A stretch of DNA of 64,000 nt from the human T2T-CHM13v2.0 reference genome, Homo sapiens. The position numbers and the translations under genes were made by a program. Shown one piece after another: positions 46,651 through 58,364 of this stretch; within the stretch, counting starts at the first letter, position 1; every line of letters starts with the position of its first letter. The notes below the pieces were generated by a model. It did not search any database, was not told the origin of the DNA, and saw nothing but the letters and a program-made list of their open reading frames with translations. The stretch lies in assembly GCF_009914755.1 (NCBI RefSeq), contig NC_060927.1; one strand, given 5' to 3'.

Positions 46651-49440
46651 AAGGCATACCTCATTTTATTGTGCATAACTTTATTGCACATCTCAGATCT
46701 TGCGGTTTTTTTGTTTATTTACAAATTGAAGGTTGCCGCAACCCTTCATCAAGCAAGTTTCTTGGCACCATTTTTGCAACAGCATATGCTGACATCATGC
46801 CTCTCTGTCACATTTTGGTAATTCTCAAAATATTTTAAACTTTGTCATTATTTATTTTTTATGGTGATCTGTGATCAGTGATCTTTAATGTTACTATTGT
46901 AGTTGTTTTGGGGTGCCAGACACAGCACCCAGATAAGACAGCAAACTTAACCAATAAATGTTGTATGTGTTCTGACTGTTTTACCTACCAGCCATTCCCC
47001 CATCTCTCTCTCTCTCTGTCTCTCTCTCTCTTCTTGGGCTTCCCTATTCTCTGAGATACAACAATATTGAAATTAGGCCAATTAATTACAGTGGCCTCTA
47101 AGTGTTCAAGTGAAAGGAAGAGTGGTACATCTCTCACTTTAAGTCAAATGCTGGAAATGATTAAGCTTATCGAGCAAGACATAGTGAGGCAAGATAGACT
47201 GAAAGCTAGGCTTCTTGCACCTAATAGCCAAGTTATGAATGCAAAAGAAAAGTTCTTGAAGGAAATTAAAAGTGCCACTCCAGTGAACACACGAATGGTA
47301 AGAAAGTGAAACAGCCTTATTGTTGATATGAAGAAAGTTTTAGTGGTGTGGGTAAAAGATCTAACTAGCCACAATATTCCCTTAAGCCAAAACCTAATCC
47401 AGAGCAAGGCCCTAACTCTCTTCAGTTCTCTGAGGGCTAAGAGAGGGGAGGAAGCTGCAGAGGAAAAGTTTGAAACTAGCAGAGTTTGATTCATGAGGTT
47501 TAAGGAAAGAAGCCATCTCCATAACATAAAAGTACAAGATGAAACAGCAAGTGCTAATGGAGAAGCTGCAGCAAGTTAGCCAGAAGATCTAGCTAAGATA
47601 ATTGATGAAGCTGGCTCCACTGAACAACAGATTTTTGATGTAACTAAAACAGCCTTCTATTGGAAGAAGATCCCATGTAGGACTTTCATAGCTAGAGAGG
47701 AGAAGTCAATGCCTGGTTTCAAAGCCTCAAAAGGCAGGCTGACACTCTTTGTTATGGGTAAATGCAGCTGGCCACTTAAAGTTGAAGCCATGCTCATTGA
47801 CCATTCAGAAAATCCTAGGGCCATTAAGAATTAAGCCAAATATACTCTACCTGTGCTCTATAAATGGAACAACAAAGCCTGAATGACAACACATCTGTTT
47901 ACAGCATAGTTTACTGAATTTCTTAAGCCCACCATTTTAGACCTACTACTAAGAAAAAAACATTCCTTTTAAAATACTGCCACTCATTGACAATGCTCCT
48001 GGTCACCCAAGAGCTCTGATGGAGATGTACAAGGAAATTGATGTTGTTTTCATGCAGATAACACAGCATCCATTCTGCAGCCCGTGGATCAAGGAGTAAT
48101 TTTGACTTCCAAGTCTTTACTATTTAAGAAATGCATCTTGTAAGGCTATGGCTGCCATTGGTAGTAATTCCTCCGATCCATCTGGGCAAAGTAAGTTGAA
48201 AACCTGGAAAGGATGCACCATTAAGTACATTTGTGACTCATGGGAGGAGGTCAGAATATCAGTATTAAGAGGAGTTTGGAAGAAGTTGATTCCAGCCCTC
48301 ATGGATGACTTCGAGGGGTTCACAGTTTGTGGAGGAAATAACTGCATATGTGGTGGAAATAGGAAGAGAAATAGAAAGGGAGCCTGAAGATATGATTGAA
48401 TTGCTGCAGTCTCTTGATAAAACTTGAATGGATGAGGAGTGGCTTCTTGTGGATGAGCAAAGAAAGTGTTTTTTTTTAGTTGTTGTTGTTTTATCTTAAT
48501 TTTTTTAAATCCATGAATGCAGGTGAAGAAAGTGGTTTCTTGAGATGGATTCTATTAGTGAAGATGTGAATATTGTTGAAATGACAACAAAGGATTTAGA
48601 CTATTATGTAAACTTACATAGTAAGTTTGATAAAGCAGTGGCAGGGTTTGAGAGAATTGACTTCAGTTTTGAAAGAGGTTCTACAGTTCTACTGTAGGTA
48701 AAATATGTCAAACAGTGTTGCATGCTAGAGATAAATCTTTCATGAAAGGAAGAATCAAATGATGCAGCAAACTTCATTCTTGTCTTATTTTAAGAAATAG
48801 CCACAGCCATGCCAACCTTCAGCAACCACCACCCTGATTAGTAAGCAGCCATCAACATCAAGGCAGGAACTTCCACCAGCAAAAAGATTATGCCTTGACT
48901 CATTGAAGGCTCATTTTTTAGAAATAAGGTTTTTTTTTTTTTTTTATTCTTTGAGATAGGGACTCTCTCTGTAGCCCAGGCTGGAGTGTAGTGGCATGAT
49001 CATAGTTCGTTGCAGACTTGAACTCCTGGGCTCAAGCAATCCTCGCACTTCAGCCTCCTGAGTAATTGGGACTACAGGCGTGCACCACCACATCCAGCTA
49101 ATTTTTAAAGTTTTGTAAAGATAGAGTCTTACTATGTTGCCTGGGCTGGTCTTGATAAAGTTTTTTTTGTTGTTTGTTTGTTTTTTTAATTTTTTGCCCG
49201 TGACACAGCCCCGGGAGATTCTGAGAAAATGTGCCCCTCGTAAAGTATTTTTAAATTAAGGTATGTACATTATCTTTTATAGACATAATGCTGTTGCACA
49301 TTTAATAGACTACGGTATAGTATAAACATAACTTTTTATGCACTGGGAAACAAAAAAATTTGTGTGTCTCGCTGTATTGCAACATTCGCTTTATTTCAGT
49401 GGTCTGGAACCGAACCCACAGTATCGCTGAGGTATGCCTG
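46651..49440 (+). mobile_element. Tigger1, near full length, inactive
   Basis: aGGCATACCTC left end and GAGGTATGCCTG right end. ORF fragments 47067-47309 (…KEKFLKEIKSATPVNTRMVRK) and 48148-48387 (…VWKKLIPALMDDFEGF) are Tigger transposase remnants with stops and frameshifts. Confidence 0.92.
48930..49154 (-). mobile_element. 5'-truncated AluJ-like inside Tigger1
   Basis: T tail, right arm and partial left arm. Confidence 0.88.
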
Positions 49441-51790
49441 TGTATAGCTGTATTTCGTGTCTAATCTATGAATCAGTCTTTGAATAGGTGGATTTAATTT
49501 ATTTATATTTATTATTACTGGAGTGTTTGGACTTGTCCTATCTTATTTTGTGGTTTTCATTTGCCTTATTATTTATTACCTTTACCCATATTTTGTTAAA
49601 TTATTCAAGCTTTCTTTGCTCTTTCCCCAGTAGTGGTTTGCACGACATGTAATCTGTTTCTCTCTGTGTTGGCGTCCACCTTTAATGTCTAGAGTCAGAC
49701 AGTATCTACATTATTTCTCCTACCCTACAAATAAGAATCCGTTTGTTTTTACTTCTTTTTTGGTTAATAACATTCTTATTTGCTTGTGTTTGTCTGTAAT
49801 AAATACTTACTTTTTACTTAATTTTATGAATTTCTTGGCCTCCCTGTCCCTTTCTTGGATTATTTTTATTGTGCTTTGTTTTGTTTGAAACCCTTTCAGA
49901 GAGGATTTGTGAAAAATTCAAGTCCTTATGTGTCTAAAATGTCTTCACATTTTAATGATAATTTGGCTGGATATAGAAATATATATTCAAAATCATTTTT
50001 CTCCCAACTTTGAAGATACGTTTTTCACAGATACTTGTCTGTCATCTTTTTGCTTTTAAAGTTGTTGGTGAGAAGTCTGATGCAAGACTAATTTTCTTTG
50101 TAGAACTACATTTCATTGATTCGGTGGAGCATATTTTGTTTTTTTTATTTTAACAGTTCCGAAAGTGCTTCATTAAGCAGGTTTTCTTGGGTGCTGCTGC
50201 TTCTGTTTGATGAACTTGGTTCCTCTCTCTCATTGTACTCAATTTTTCCTACGTTCTTGGGGATGTTAGTTGTTTGTTCATCTCTGTTTTTGAGATTTCC
50301 AGATACCTTGTCTGTGAATATGGTGTCTGAGTACTCTAGTGATATGGGAGAGGAGCAGGGTCATACAGCTAACTGGGAAGCCCTGGTATCTGGTCTTACT
50401 ATTTGTTAGGTTGTTAATATACCTCTTGGACACCATCCCTCTCTCTGTGTTCCTAATGTCCACAATAGAGAGGAACATCCTCAACTTGATAAAGACAATC
50501 TACAGAAAACCTGGAACACATGTCTGCGTGGACATGGTTGGGGCTAGTGTAGAATTATAAGGTAGGAAATTAGTCCTCAGTTAATCCTTCTAATGGTTGT
50601 CTGGGTGCAGTTCTTTCCTGTTTGCAGTGTGCCTCATCTAGAAAAGAGCACCACAGAAGCTCCCCCAGCTGGGTTTTGGGGCTCTGGCTTCCTCTTTCAG
50701 TCTGATCCTACCTGCCTTCTACTGTTTCTGTCGTATCTAGGGATTTGGGAAAAGGGAGGGTAGCTAGATCATGCTCATGCACTATTGATTCAGTCAGCTC
50801 TCTGGGCTTTCAAGAATGTGTATTAAGTTGATTTCACAGAGTCAGAAAGGATAGGGGGAAAAAGGATCTGTGTGAAAAATCCTGGAATCTCTCATTGCAG
50901 TCTGTGGAATTCCTGTGGTAGAGTGCAGTGCAGTGGTGTACACCTGGAGAGCTCATTGCTGCTTGTCACATCAGTTTATTCAGTGGAAGAAGAGACAAGG
51001 CAATGAACCTGTGCCTGCTGGGCTAAGACAGGAGTAATGTCTTTGCTCTGAGTGACCAGGCTCTGCTGAAACCGATGGATGTCTGGCTGCTTGTCCTGTG
51101 GGGTGGCCTGCTTGTAGTGAGGTTCCAAGTGAATTTCTTGGTAAGTAAAGGTTTTGTCAGAGCAGCATTAGGAAAGAACTTACTCTTTAAAAAATGATAC
51201 TTTAAAATTTTCTTCATTTTAGAAACTCTAAAATGGGAAAATTGTTTCTTAAATAATAGATTCACAACTTTTCAATAGTTGTAAAACCCTGACATTATTT
51301 ATGACCTTTTTCTACTTTCCTAAAAATTCTTATTTTCAAGTTAAAATGAGTTAAATTTGGTATTGGGAACTTCGCCATCTCACCTAAGGTTTGGAGTCTT
51401 CTAGGATGTTACAGATCTGGATTTAAAAACCCTTATTTTAGGCGTTTCCTAGTATACAGACTATTTCAAAGATGAAATATTCAGTCTCTGCATTAATTCT
51501 TACTACCAATTATGCAATAATCAATGAAAGCTGAATTACTTGAAACATGGCTCCATATGGATACAGTGCAAATGTTTGGATTTAGATTAAGTCTTGAATA
51601 TAAACAAAAAGCCTATATACACTCTCTACAACATTTCTCATTTGCAGTTCAGCATTTAATGGAAATTGTTTAGAGTCATGGGGTGTGTCCTCACACATAT
51701 TGGTGTGTAAAAAACTAGACATCTTTTCTTTATAAATCTGTATTTTGTCCTACATTAAAATATTACTCTTTGCCTGCTCTAAGTAAACAA

Positions 51791-53190
51791 GGAATAGAGA
51801 GGAACATCAACTTTATAAAGAGAATCTACAAAAACCCTACAGATAACATCCTACTTAATGGTGAAAGACTGAATGCTTTCATCCTAAGTTGAGAAACAAG
51901 GCAAGGATATACATATATCACTTTTACTCAACATAGTACTGAAAGTTATATAAAGATAGGAAAAGAAGAAATAAAACTGTTTCTGCTTCCAGATGACATG
52001 AATGTGTACATAGACAATCTCATGGAATCCACAGAAAAATTCCTAGAATATCAAATGAATTCTGCAATATCACAGAATATTAGATCAACACCAAATCAAT
52101 CGCTTTTCTGTACTGATAATGAACATGTAGAGACTGAAATTTAAAGTCATGCCAAAGAAAGTGAAATACCTAGATACACATCTAACAGAACACATCTAAC
52201 AAAAAAATAATGATAGAAATCAAAGAAGGCGTAAATAAATGGAGAGACATGTGTTCATGAATTGGAATAAACATACTACAGATGCCAGTCTTCCCCAAAT
52301 GGATCTAGATGTTTAACATAATTCCTATCAAAACTCTGCAGGGGTTTTATAGACATAGACAACATTATTCTAAAATGTATCTGGAAAGGCAAAGAACCTA
52401 GAATAACTAAAACAATTATGAAAAGAATAACGAGAGAAATCACTACCACAGACACTCTGAAAAATAGTTTGACAGTTTCTTATAAAAGTAAATATGCTCT
52501 TATAAAACTAAATATGCAATTGCACTCCTGGGTGTTTGTCCCAGAGAAATGAATACCTGTATTCACAAAAATCTGTACATGGATGTTCATAGCAGTTTTA
52601 TTTATAATAGCCATAAACTGGAAACAGCCCAGGTGTTATCCTTCAACATGTTAATTGTTATACTGTGGTGTATTCATACCATGGAATACTATGCAGCAAT
52701 AAAAAGGAATAAACTATTGATACAACAACTTGGATGGATTTCAAGGGGCAACAACAATCATCTCAGGTTACATGCTATATAATTCCATTTATAAAATTCT
52801 CTTGATATAACAAAACTATAAAAATGGAGAACAGATTGGTGGCTGCCAGGAATTAGAGATCGTGGTGGGTGGTGTGCCTGTAAAAAGATAGCATGAAGGA
52901 GCCTTGTGGTGATGGAGCACTTCTGTGTCTGGCGGTTATAGAAATCTCCACATGTGATAAAAATTTCATAGAAACTACATACACAAATAAATACATGTGA
53001 AATGATGAAATCTGAATAAGCTCTGTGGAGTGTACCAATATCAGTTTCCTAGTTTTGATATTTTACTGTATTTAAGCACAATGTTACTATTGGGGGAAAC
53101 TGGGTGAAGAATACATGAAACTTACCTTTCCATTTGTTTTGTTGGCCACTCTTGTGAATCTATAATTATTTCAAAATGAAAAGTTTGAAT
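51791..53190 (+). mobile_element. L1M ORF2/3'UTR remnant
   Basis: acttaatggtgaaagactgaatgctttc…taaataaatggagagacat…atggaatactatgcagcaataaaaagg motifs. Confidence 0.85.
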
Positions 53191-54081
53191 ATAGATACAT
53201 ATTATTCATTAACTGGAAGGCAAGTATCCCAGTGTGAGTGTTTCTGGCTTATTGTGTAGTGTGGTTTTAGTTTTTAGCAGTAATGCCTGATGATGGTCTG
53301 GGAAAGAAGGTTGATGTGACAGAAACACAGTATATTTTGCAGTGTTCAAATGCATTCTAACAAATATCAGTCTTACGCTGGTATTTTTTATTTTTAAAAA
53401 ATAAATATAAAACCAGATAATCAGCAGAAAAATTTCTCTACTGAGGGAGAGCATTTACCCCTCACCATGTTAAAAGTATGTACTTGTATTTTAGAGCACT
53501 GATTCTTAACTTTTTCTGATTCATAATGCCTTAAAATCCTCCATAATGAGGAAGGATATAGACATATCTTAGAATTGTGTTCTTAAGCATCTTTATTTAT
53601 TTGGCTTAACTTACTACGTGTAAAGAACATTTTAAAATCCAGTATGCATTTAAAAATTGCTATCCCTGGTCTATCTGAAATGAATTGCCTTGTCTTGTGA
53701 AAAGGTAAATTAATAAAATATAAATTGAGACATTCTTTATAGCTATTAACTTACTGTTTCTTATCATTTGTATAATATGCCAGCTTTTGGAAATCTTGAC
53801 ATATTCAAGCCAAGAGTTGTACTTAAGACTGTCATTTCTTTCTGTCTACCCTAGTCTGTGATATAATAGCTCCTCAGTAGACTCTTTCCTATAAAAGAGT
53901 CTTTTAGAGAATTTTGGAAATGGGTGTCCACCAAAAGAATTGTGATTATAGCATTAAGTATAATGTTAAGATGTTTAAATATTTTTTAAAGGATCACTCC
54001 TGCTTGTAAGATAGTACAGCCTAAGTAAGCCGTAAAACCTTTTGATAGAACTTTGAACTATTTCAGAAGGACATAAATGAA

Positions 54082-54213
54082 GTCAGGCCTCGTAGTGTGT
54101 GCCTATAGCCCCAGCTACTCAAAAGGCTGAGGTGGGAAGATTGCTTGAGCCCAGGAGTTCAAGTCCAGCCTAGGCAACATAGACTCCATCTCTTAAAAAA
54201 AAATTTTTAAAAA
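54082..54213 (+). mobile_element. Free Alu monomer (FLAM-like)
   Basis: ~115-nt monomer plus A tail; TSD aagg(a/t)cataaatgaa on both sides. Confidence 0.8.
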
Positions 54214-54268
54214 AAGGTCATAAATGAATCAAATTTTCTCTTTGGTTTATAAATAATCTGCAATTATA

Positions 54269-54581
54269 GCTGGGTATGGTGGCACACACCTATAGTCCCA
54301 GCTACTCAGGAGGCTGAGACAGGAGGAAGACCACTTGAGCCCAGGAGTTCTAGGCTGTAGTGTATTATGCCGGTCGGTTGCCTGCACTAAGTTGGACATT
54401 AATATGGTGACCTCTTGGGAGCCAGGGTTACCACTAGGCTGCCTAAGGAGAGATGAGCTGGCCTAGTTTGGAAATGGAACAAGTTAAAACTCCTGTGTTG
54501 ATCAATAGTGGGATAGTGCCTGGAAATAGCCACTGTGCTACAAGCCTGGGCAAGGTAGTGAGGCCCCATCTCTTAAAAAAA
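54269..54581 (+). pseudogene. 7SL (SRP) RNA processed pseudogene, full length
   Basis: Alu-like 5' end followed by 7SL S-domain-like sequence (…cctgcactaagttggacattaatatggtgacctc…ggctgcctaaggag…ttaaaactcctgtgttgatcaatagtgggat…), A tail, and a 14-bp target-site duplication aatctgcaattata (54255-54268 / 54582-54595). Confidence 0.9.
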
Positions 54582-55619
54582 AATCTGCAATTATAAGTTG
54601 TACAGAAATCAATAACACCTTTATTTCAGATTCCAGAGATGCTATTAATGTATTTATTTTTACAGTCCTTCCCAAGTGGCACCAAATTTGAATGTGTAGT
54701 TTCATGTCCCATTTTAAGTCATTGTTTATTAGAAACAAATGTTTTAGTAACGTTTCAGTTTTTCAGAGGACCTTCTCTTCCCAGAGGCAGAATTTGTTTA
54801 ACTTTTATATTACTTCCTCTTGTACTATTTACCATTTGGATATACAGGCCCTGATGAGTTCTAGATTAGAAGACGTTAGGCTTTTGTCACAGGGACTACT
54901 CCTGACTATCGAGTTTGGGATTATCTGCTTTAAAGGGATGATTTGTGCCTCTTCTATGGTTAGGGAAAGAAGTTTGATCTACTTTAAAGTAGCACCTCAG
55001 TAAGTTTTATTAAAAATAATACCTGCCTGGTTAAGTGTGCCCAGCACAAACTGCGTTGCAGCCTGGGGCCCAGGCATAGTCACCAGTGTAATATTAAATT
55101 GTCAAGAAACGAACAACGTATCCATAGAAATGTAGCACACACCTTCTGTCACCCAGCTGCCAAATGAAATGTCACATACTCTGAAAGATACTTTATACAT
55201 CTATAATGTTATCACTTGTCATATAAAACGAGAAGGAAAGAATGAAAATCTTTTCCTAAGCTTCCTGAAATTTCACACGCCTATAAGAAACAAATATTTC
55301 TGAAACCACAATTAAAAATTGATCTGGCATAAACCCTCTGTAAATAAAAAGTATTTAGAATTAGTAAAGATTCTTGAGCATGAAATGTTTATGGGAGGTA
55401 TTCTATAGGTACCATATAGGTGGGTTTTTCAGTCATTTAAAAGTATTTGAGCAGACTGAAAAATATGATAGAAATCATTTATATGTTTTTTATTTTCCCC
55501 ACTGATTTTTAGCTGTGGTACTTATTATTCTCACTGTGTTATAAGGCTCAGATCAAACAAAATATGTTGATACAAATGTATAATTTATTCTAGTTTAGTG
55601 GTAGGGTAGGATTTAAACT

Positions 55620-55790
55620 GGTGGCTCTCAGTGGTCATCATCCATCAGTTTCACCTGGGGGAGATTTTTAAAAAATACCTATGTTGCCTGGGCCCCACCC
55701 CCAGAGATTGTGATTCACATTGACTTGGCTTAGGGTCATATTCAGAAGCTTCCATGCAATTATAATATGCATCCAGCCTTGCCTACTGCT
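55620..55790. mobile_element. MER5-family fragment
   Basis: tcacctggggg…cctgggccccacccccagagattgtgattca motif. Confidence 0.6.
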
Positions 55791-56789
55791 GATTTTAACC
55801 TATAGAATCAAATATTTTTAGACATTAGTGGAAAAAGATATTTTCAACATTTTAAATTCTGATGTTCTTTAAAAATTGTTTTTAACTTCTTTAAAGAGTA
55901 AACAGGAATATTTCTTTTTTGATGTTGATAATTGGAGCTTAATTTTTTTTTTCTTCCCTGCCTCCCATTTTTAACCACTCTCTGCTCATTTAGGGATAAG
56001 TGAAAACCATGTTTTAGACCCCTTGGAAATTTTTTCTGATGTGTGTCCTCAGAACCAGTGTCTGGAACTTCAAGCTAGACCCCCCTCCCCACCCCCTTGG
56101 AAACTCCTCTGCATTGATTGCTTGTCCTTTCCTCTTCCCTGAGGAGCCCAGAGACCTTCCTGCCTGCTTCCTTTCCACTGCTGTTCCCTGGAGCTTCTGA
56201 TTAGTGCCCCTGGTCCTGTGCAGGTCAGATTACCACACCGCCTCATTCCAACTCATTTTCTTGGGTTCATAGTACCTTTGCAGTTTTCTAAGGGCTCTTA
56301 GTGCTTTTAACTAGAAAGGGGTTTTTCGTTTGTTTGTTTGTTTTAAAAGGGTCCTTAGTGCCTCTTACTCCCTTCCTGTAAAATCCTGTGTAAAATGACA
56401 AAAGTGCACAATTGATCATTGTAAGTTCTAGTACATGAACAAAAACCAAAAGTTAATATTTATATAAATTTCAAAGCAGAACTCATACGCTGAATCTGGG
56501 TAGTTTGTCTGAACTTCCTAATGGGGCTGACTGGCATAAGTGTGTGTATTTTAGAAAGACAACAAGAGAAAGGAGGGATTTTAGGGGCAGGTTTTCTTTC
56601 CTTTGTTCTACCACAGTTCTCTGATGTGGAAAGTTCCAGATGAGAGGAGGATCTGGGGCTTTGTGCAAGAGTATGTCGGGAATTGCAGTGGGGAGCAGCT
56701 GTAAGGAGAGAATTCCTTGGGTCAGCAGACTGAGGTAGCAGTTTCAGGTAACCCTTACTCATAAGGAAAACAATGTTTACCCTTTCTTT

Positions 56790-57290
56790 GTACAATTCAA
56801 GTTGGATCATATTATTCCTCTGCTGAAAACTATTTAGAGACCTTCCATTTCAGTCTGAATCAAAACCACCATCCTCACTGTGGCCAACACAGCCCAAAAG
56901 ATTGGCATCTCCATTTCTTCCCAGACTTTCCTCTCACTACCTTCCTGGTTGCTCCTTCGGCTCCAGCCACGCTGCCTCCTTGCTGTTAGGCACACTCCAA
57001 GCCCGGTCCTACCTCAGGGCCATCCATCTCCCTCCTCTGCCTAGCCACTCTTGCCCCTGATTTTCTTGCCCACATGTCACCCCTCAGTGAGGCCTCAGCT
57101 TCTTCTCCAGAGGTGTAGGGCCCCAGCACTGCCTGTTATCTTTCCCCACTTGACTTGCATCTCTGGGCTCTGTTACCTCCATTTGTGAAATGGGGTTCAT
57201 AGTTCCTGCCTTTAGGATTATTGAGGGGATTAGATGAATGAATACATGTAAAGTACTTAGCATAACGCCAGACACAAAATTAGCCCTCAG
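56790..57290. mobile_element. L2 fragment followed by MIR fragment
   Basis: gatcatattattcctctgctgaaaac…ctccagccacgctgcctccttgctgtt (L2); ctccatttgtgaaatgggg…gattattgaggggattagatga…catgtaaagtacttagc (MIR core). Confidence 0.7.
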
Positions 57291-58061
57291 TCCATCAGAT
57301 GTCACTGTCTCAGTGCTGCTGCTTTGGGAAACGTCATGGGATGCTTTATGTTTCTATGGTGTTGCTGCTGTGGTCCCAGAGGGACACTTAACATTAGATC
57401 CTGGCCTTATTTTCCTTTCCTGCCTCTTTCTCAATGTGGGAGGAAGAGTATCCGAGGTACCCTTGTCCCCTTTGGAAATTTGTCCTCGGGAATTTCTGAA
57501 ATGTTGGCTGCCGTGGGAAAATGGGGAGGAAGGGCAGGCCTGGGACCTTTGCTCCTGTGGTTTTCTCACATGTTTTTAGTTGTATTTAACTTTCAGAATG
57601 TTATGTTATTTGTATTTAGGGAATAGGTTAACTTCTAAAGTAGGGATTTTTCTTTCTTTTTTAAAATGTTAGATAAAAAAAAATGAAAGTCTTGGTGTTT
57701 ATTTGATAGCAGGTTAGTTTCTTAGAACTTCAGAAGGGCTTTTCAAACCACTCAAAACAGTAGCTATTTTAGTACAAAAATACATATGGAAGCTGAATCA
57801 ACTTACATTCACCTTAGGTCATAACATGGGAAACCTTTAGGGAGTTGAAAATATTAAATTTTCTTTTTTTTTTTTTAAACTTTTTGAGGTAAGAAATGTA
57901 TGCCTGTTGAAGAAGAAAGATAAGTTTGCAAGACAAAAAAATCAGCATTAGAGCAAACTTTCTAACACAAATTTGGAATTGTGTTATTCGCATTGCATGT
58001 TGCCGAACAGACTGAACTGTTAAAAGTTGTTTTAGCGTTTTAGAATGTACTAAAGAATCGA

Positions 58062-58364
<303 letters not shown>

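Noticed and set aside
47067-48387. Transposase-like ORFs (TIGD1-like)
   Set aside because: Short fragments of a Tigger1 fossil broken by stops and frameshifts; not a domesticated gene.
54269-54581. Functional SRP RNA gene
   Set aside because: Many substitutions relative to 7SL as I recall it, plus poly(A) tail and TSD, indicate a processed pseudogene.
56288-56365. Imperfect direct repeat aaggg(ct/tc)cttagtgc around a T-rich stretch, possible retro-insertion or 3'UTR pseudogene
   Set aside because: No recognisable parent sequence and the repeat is too degenerate to call a TSD.
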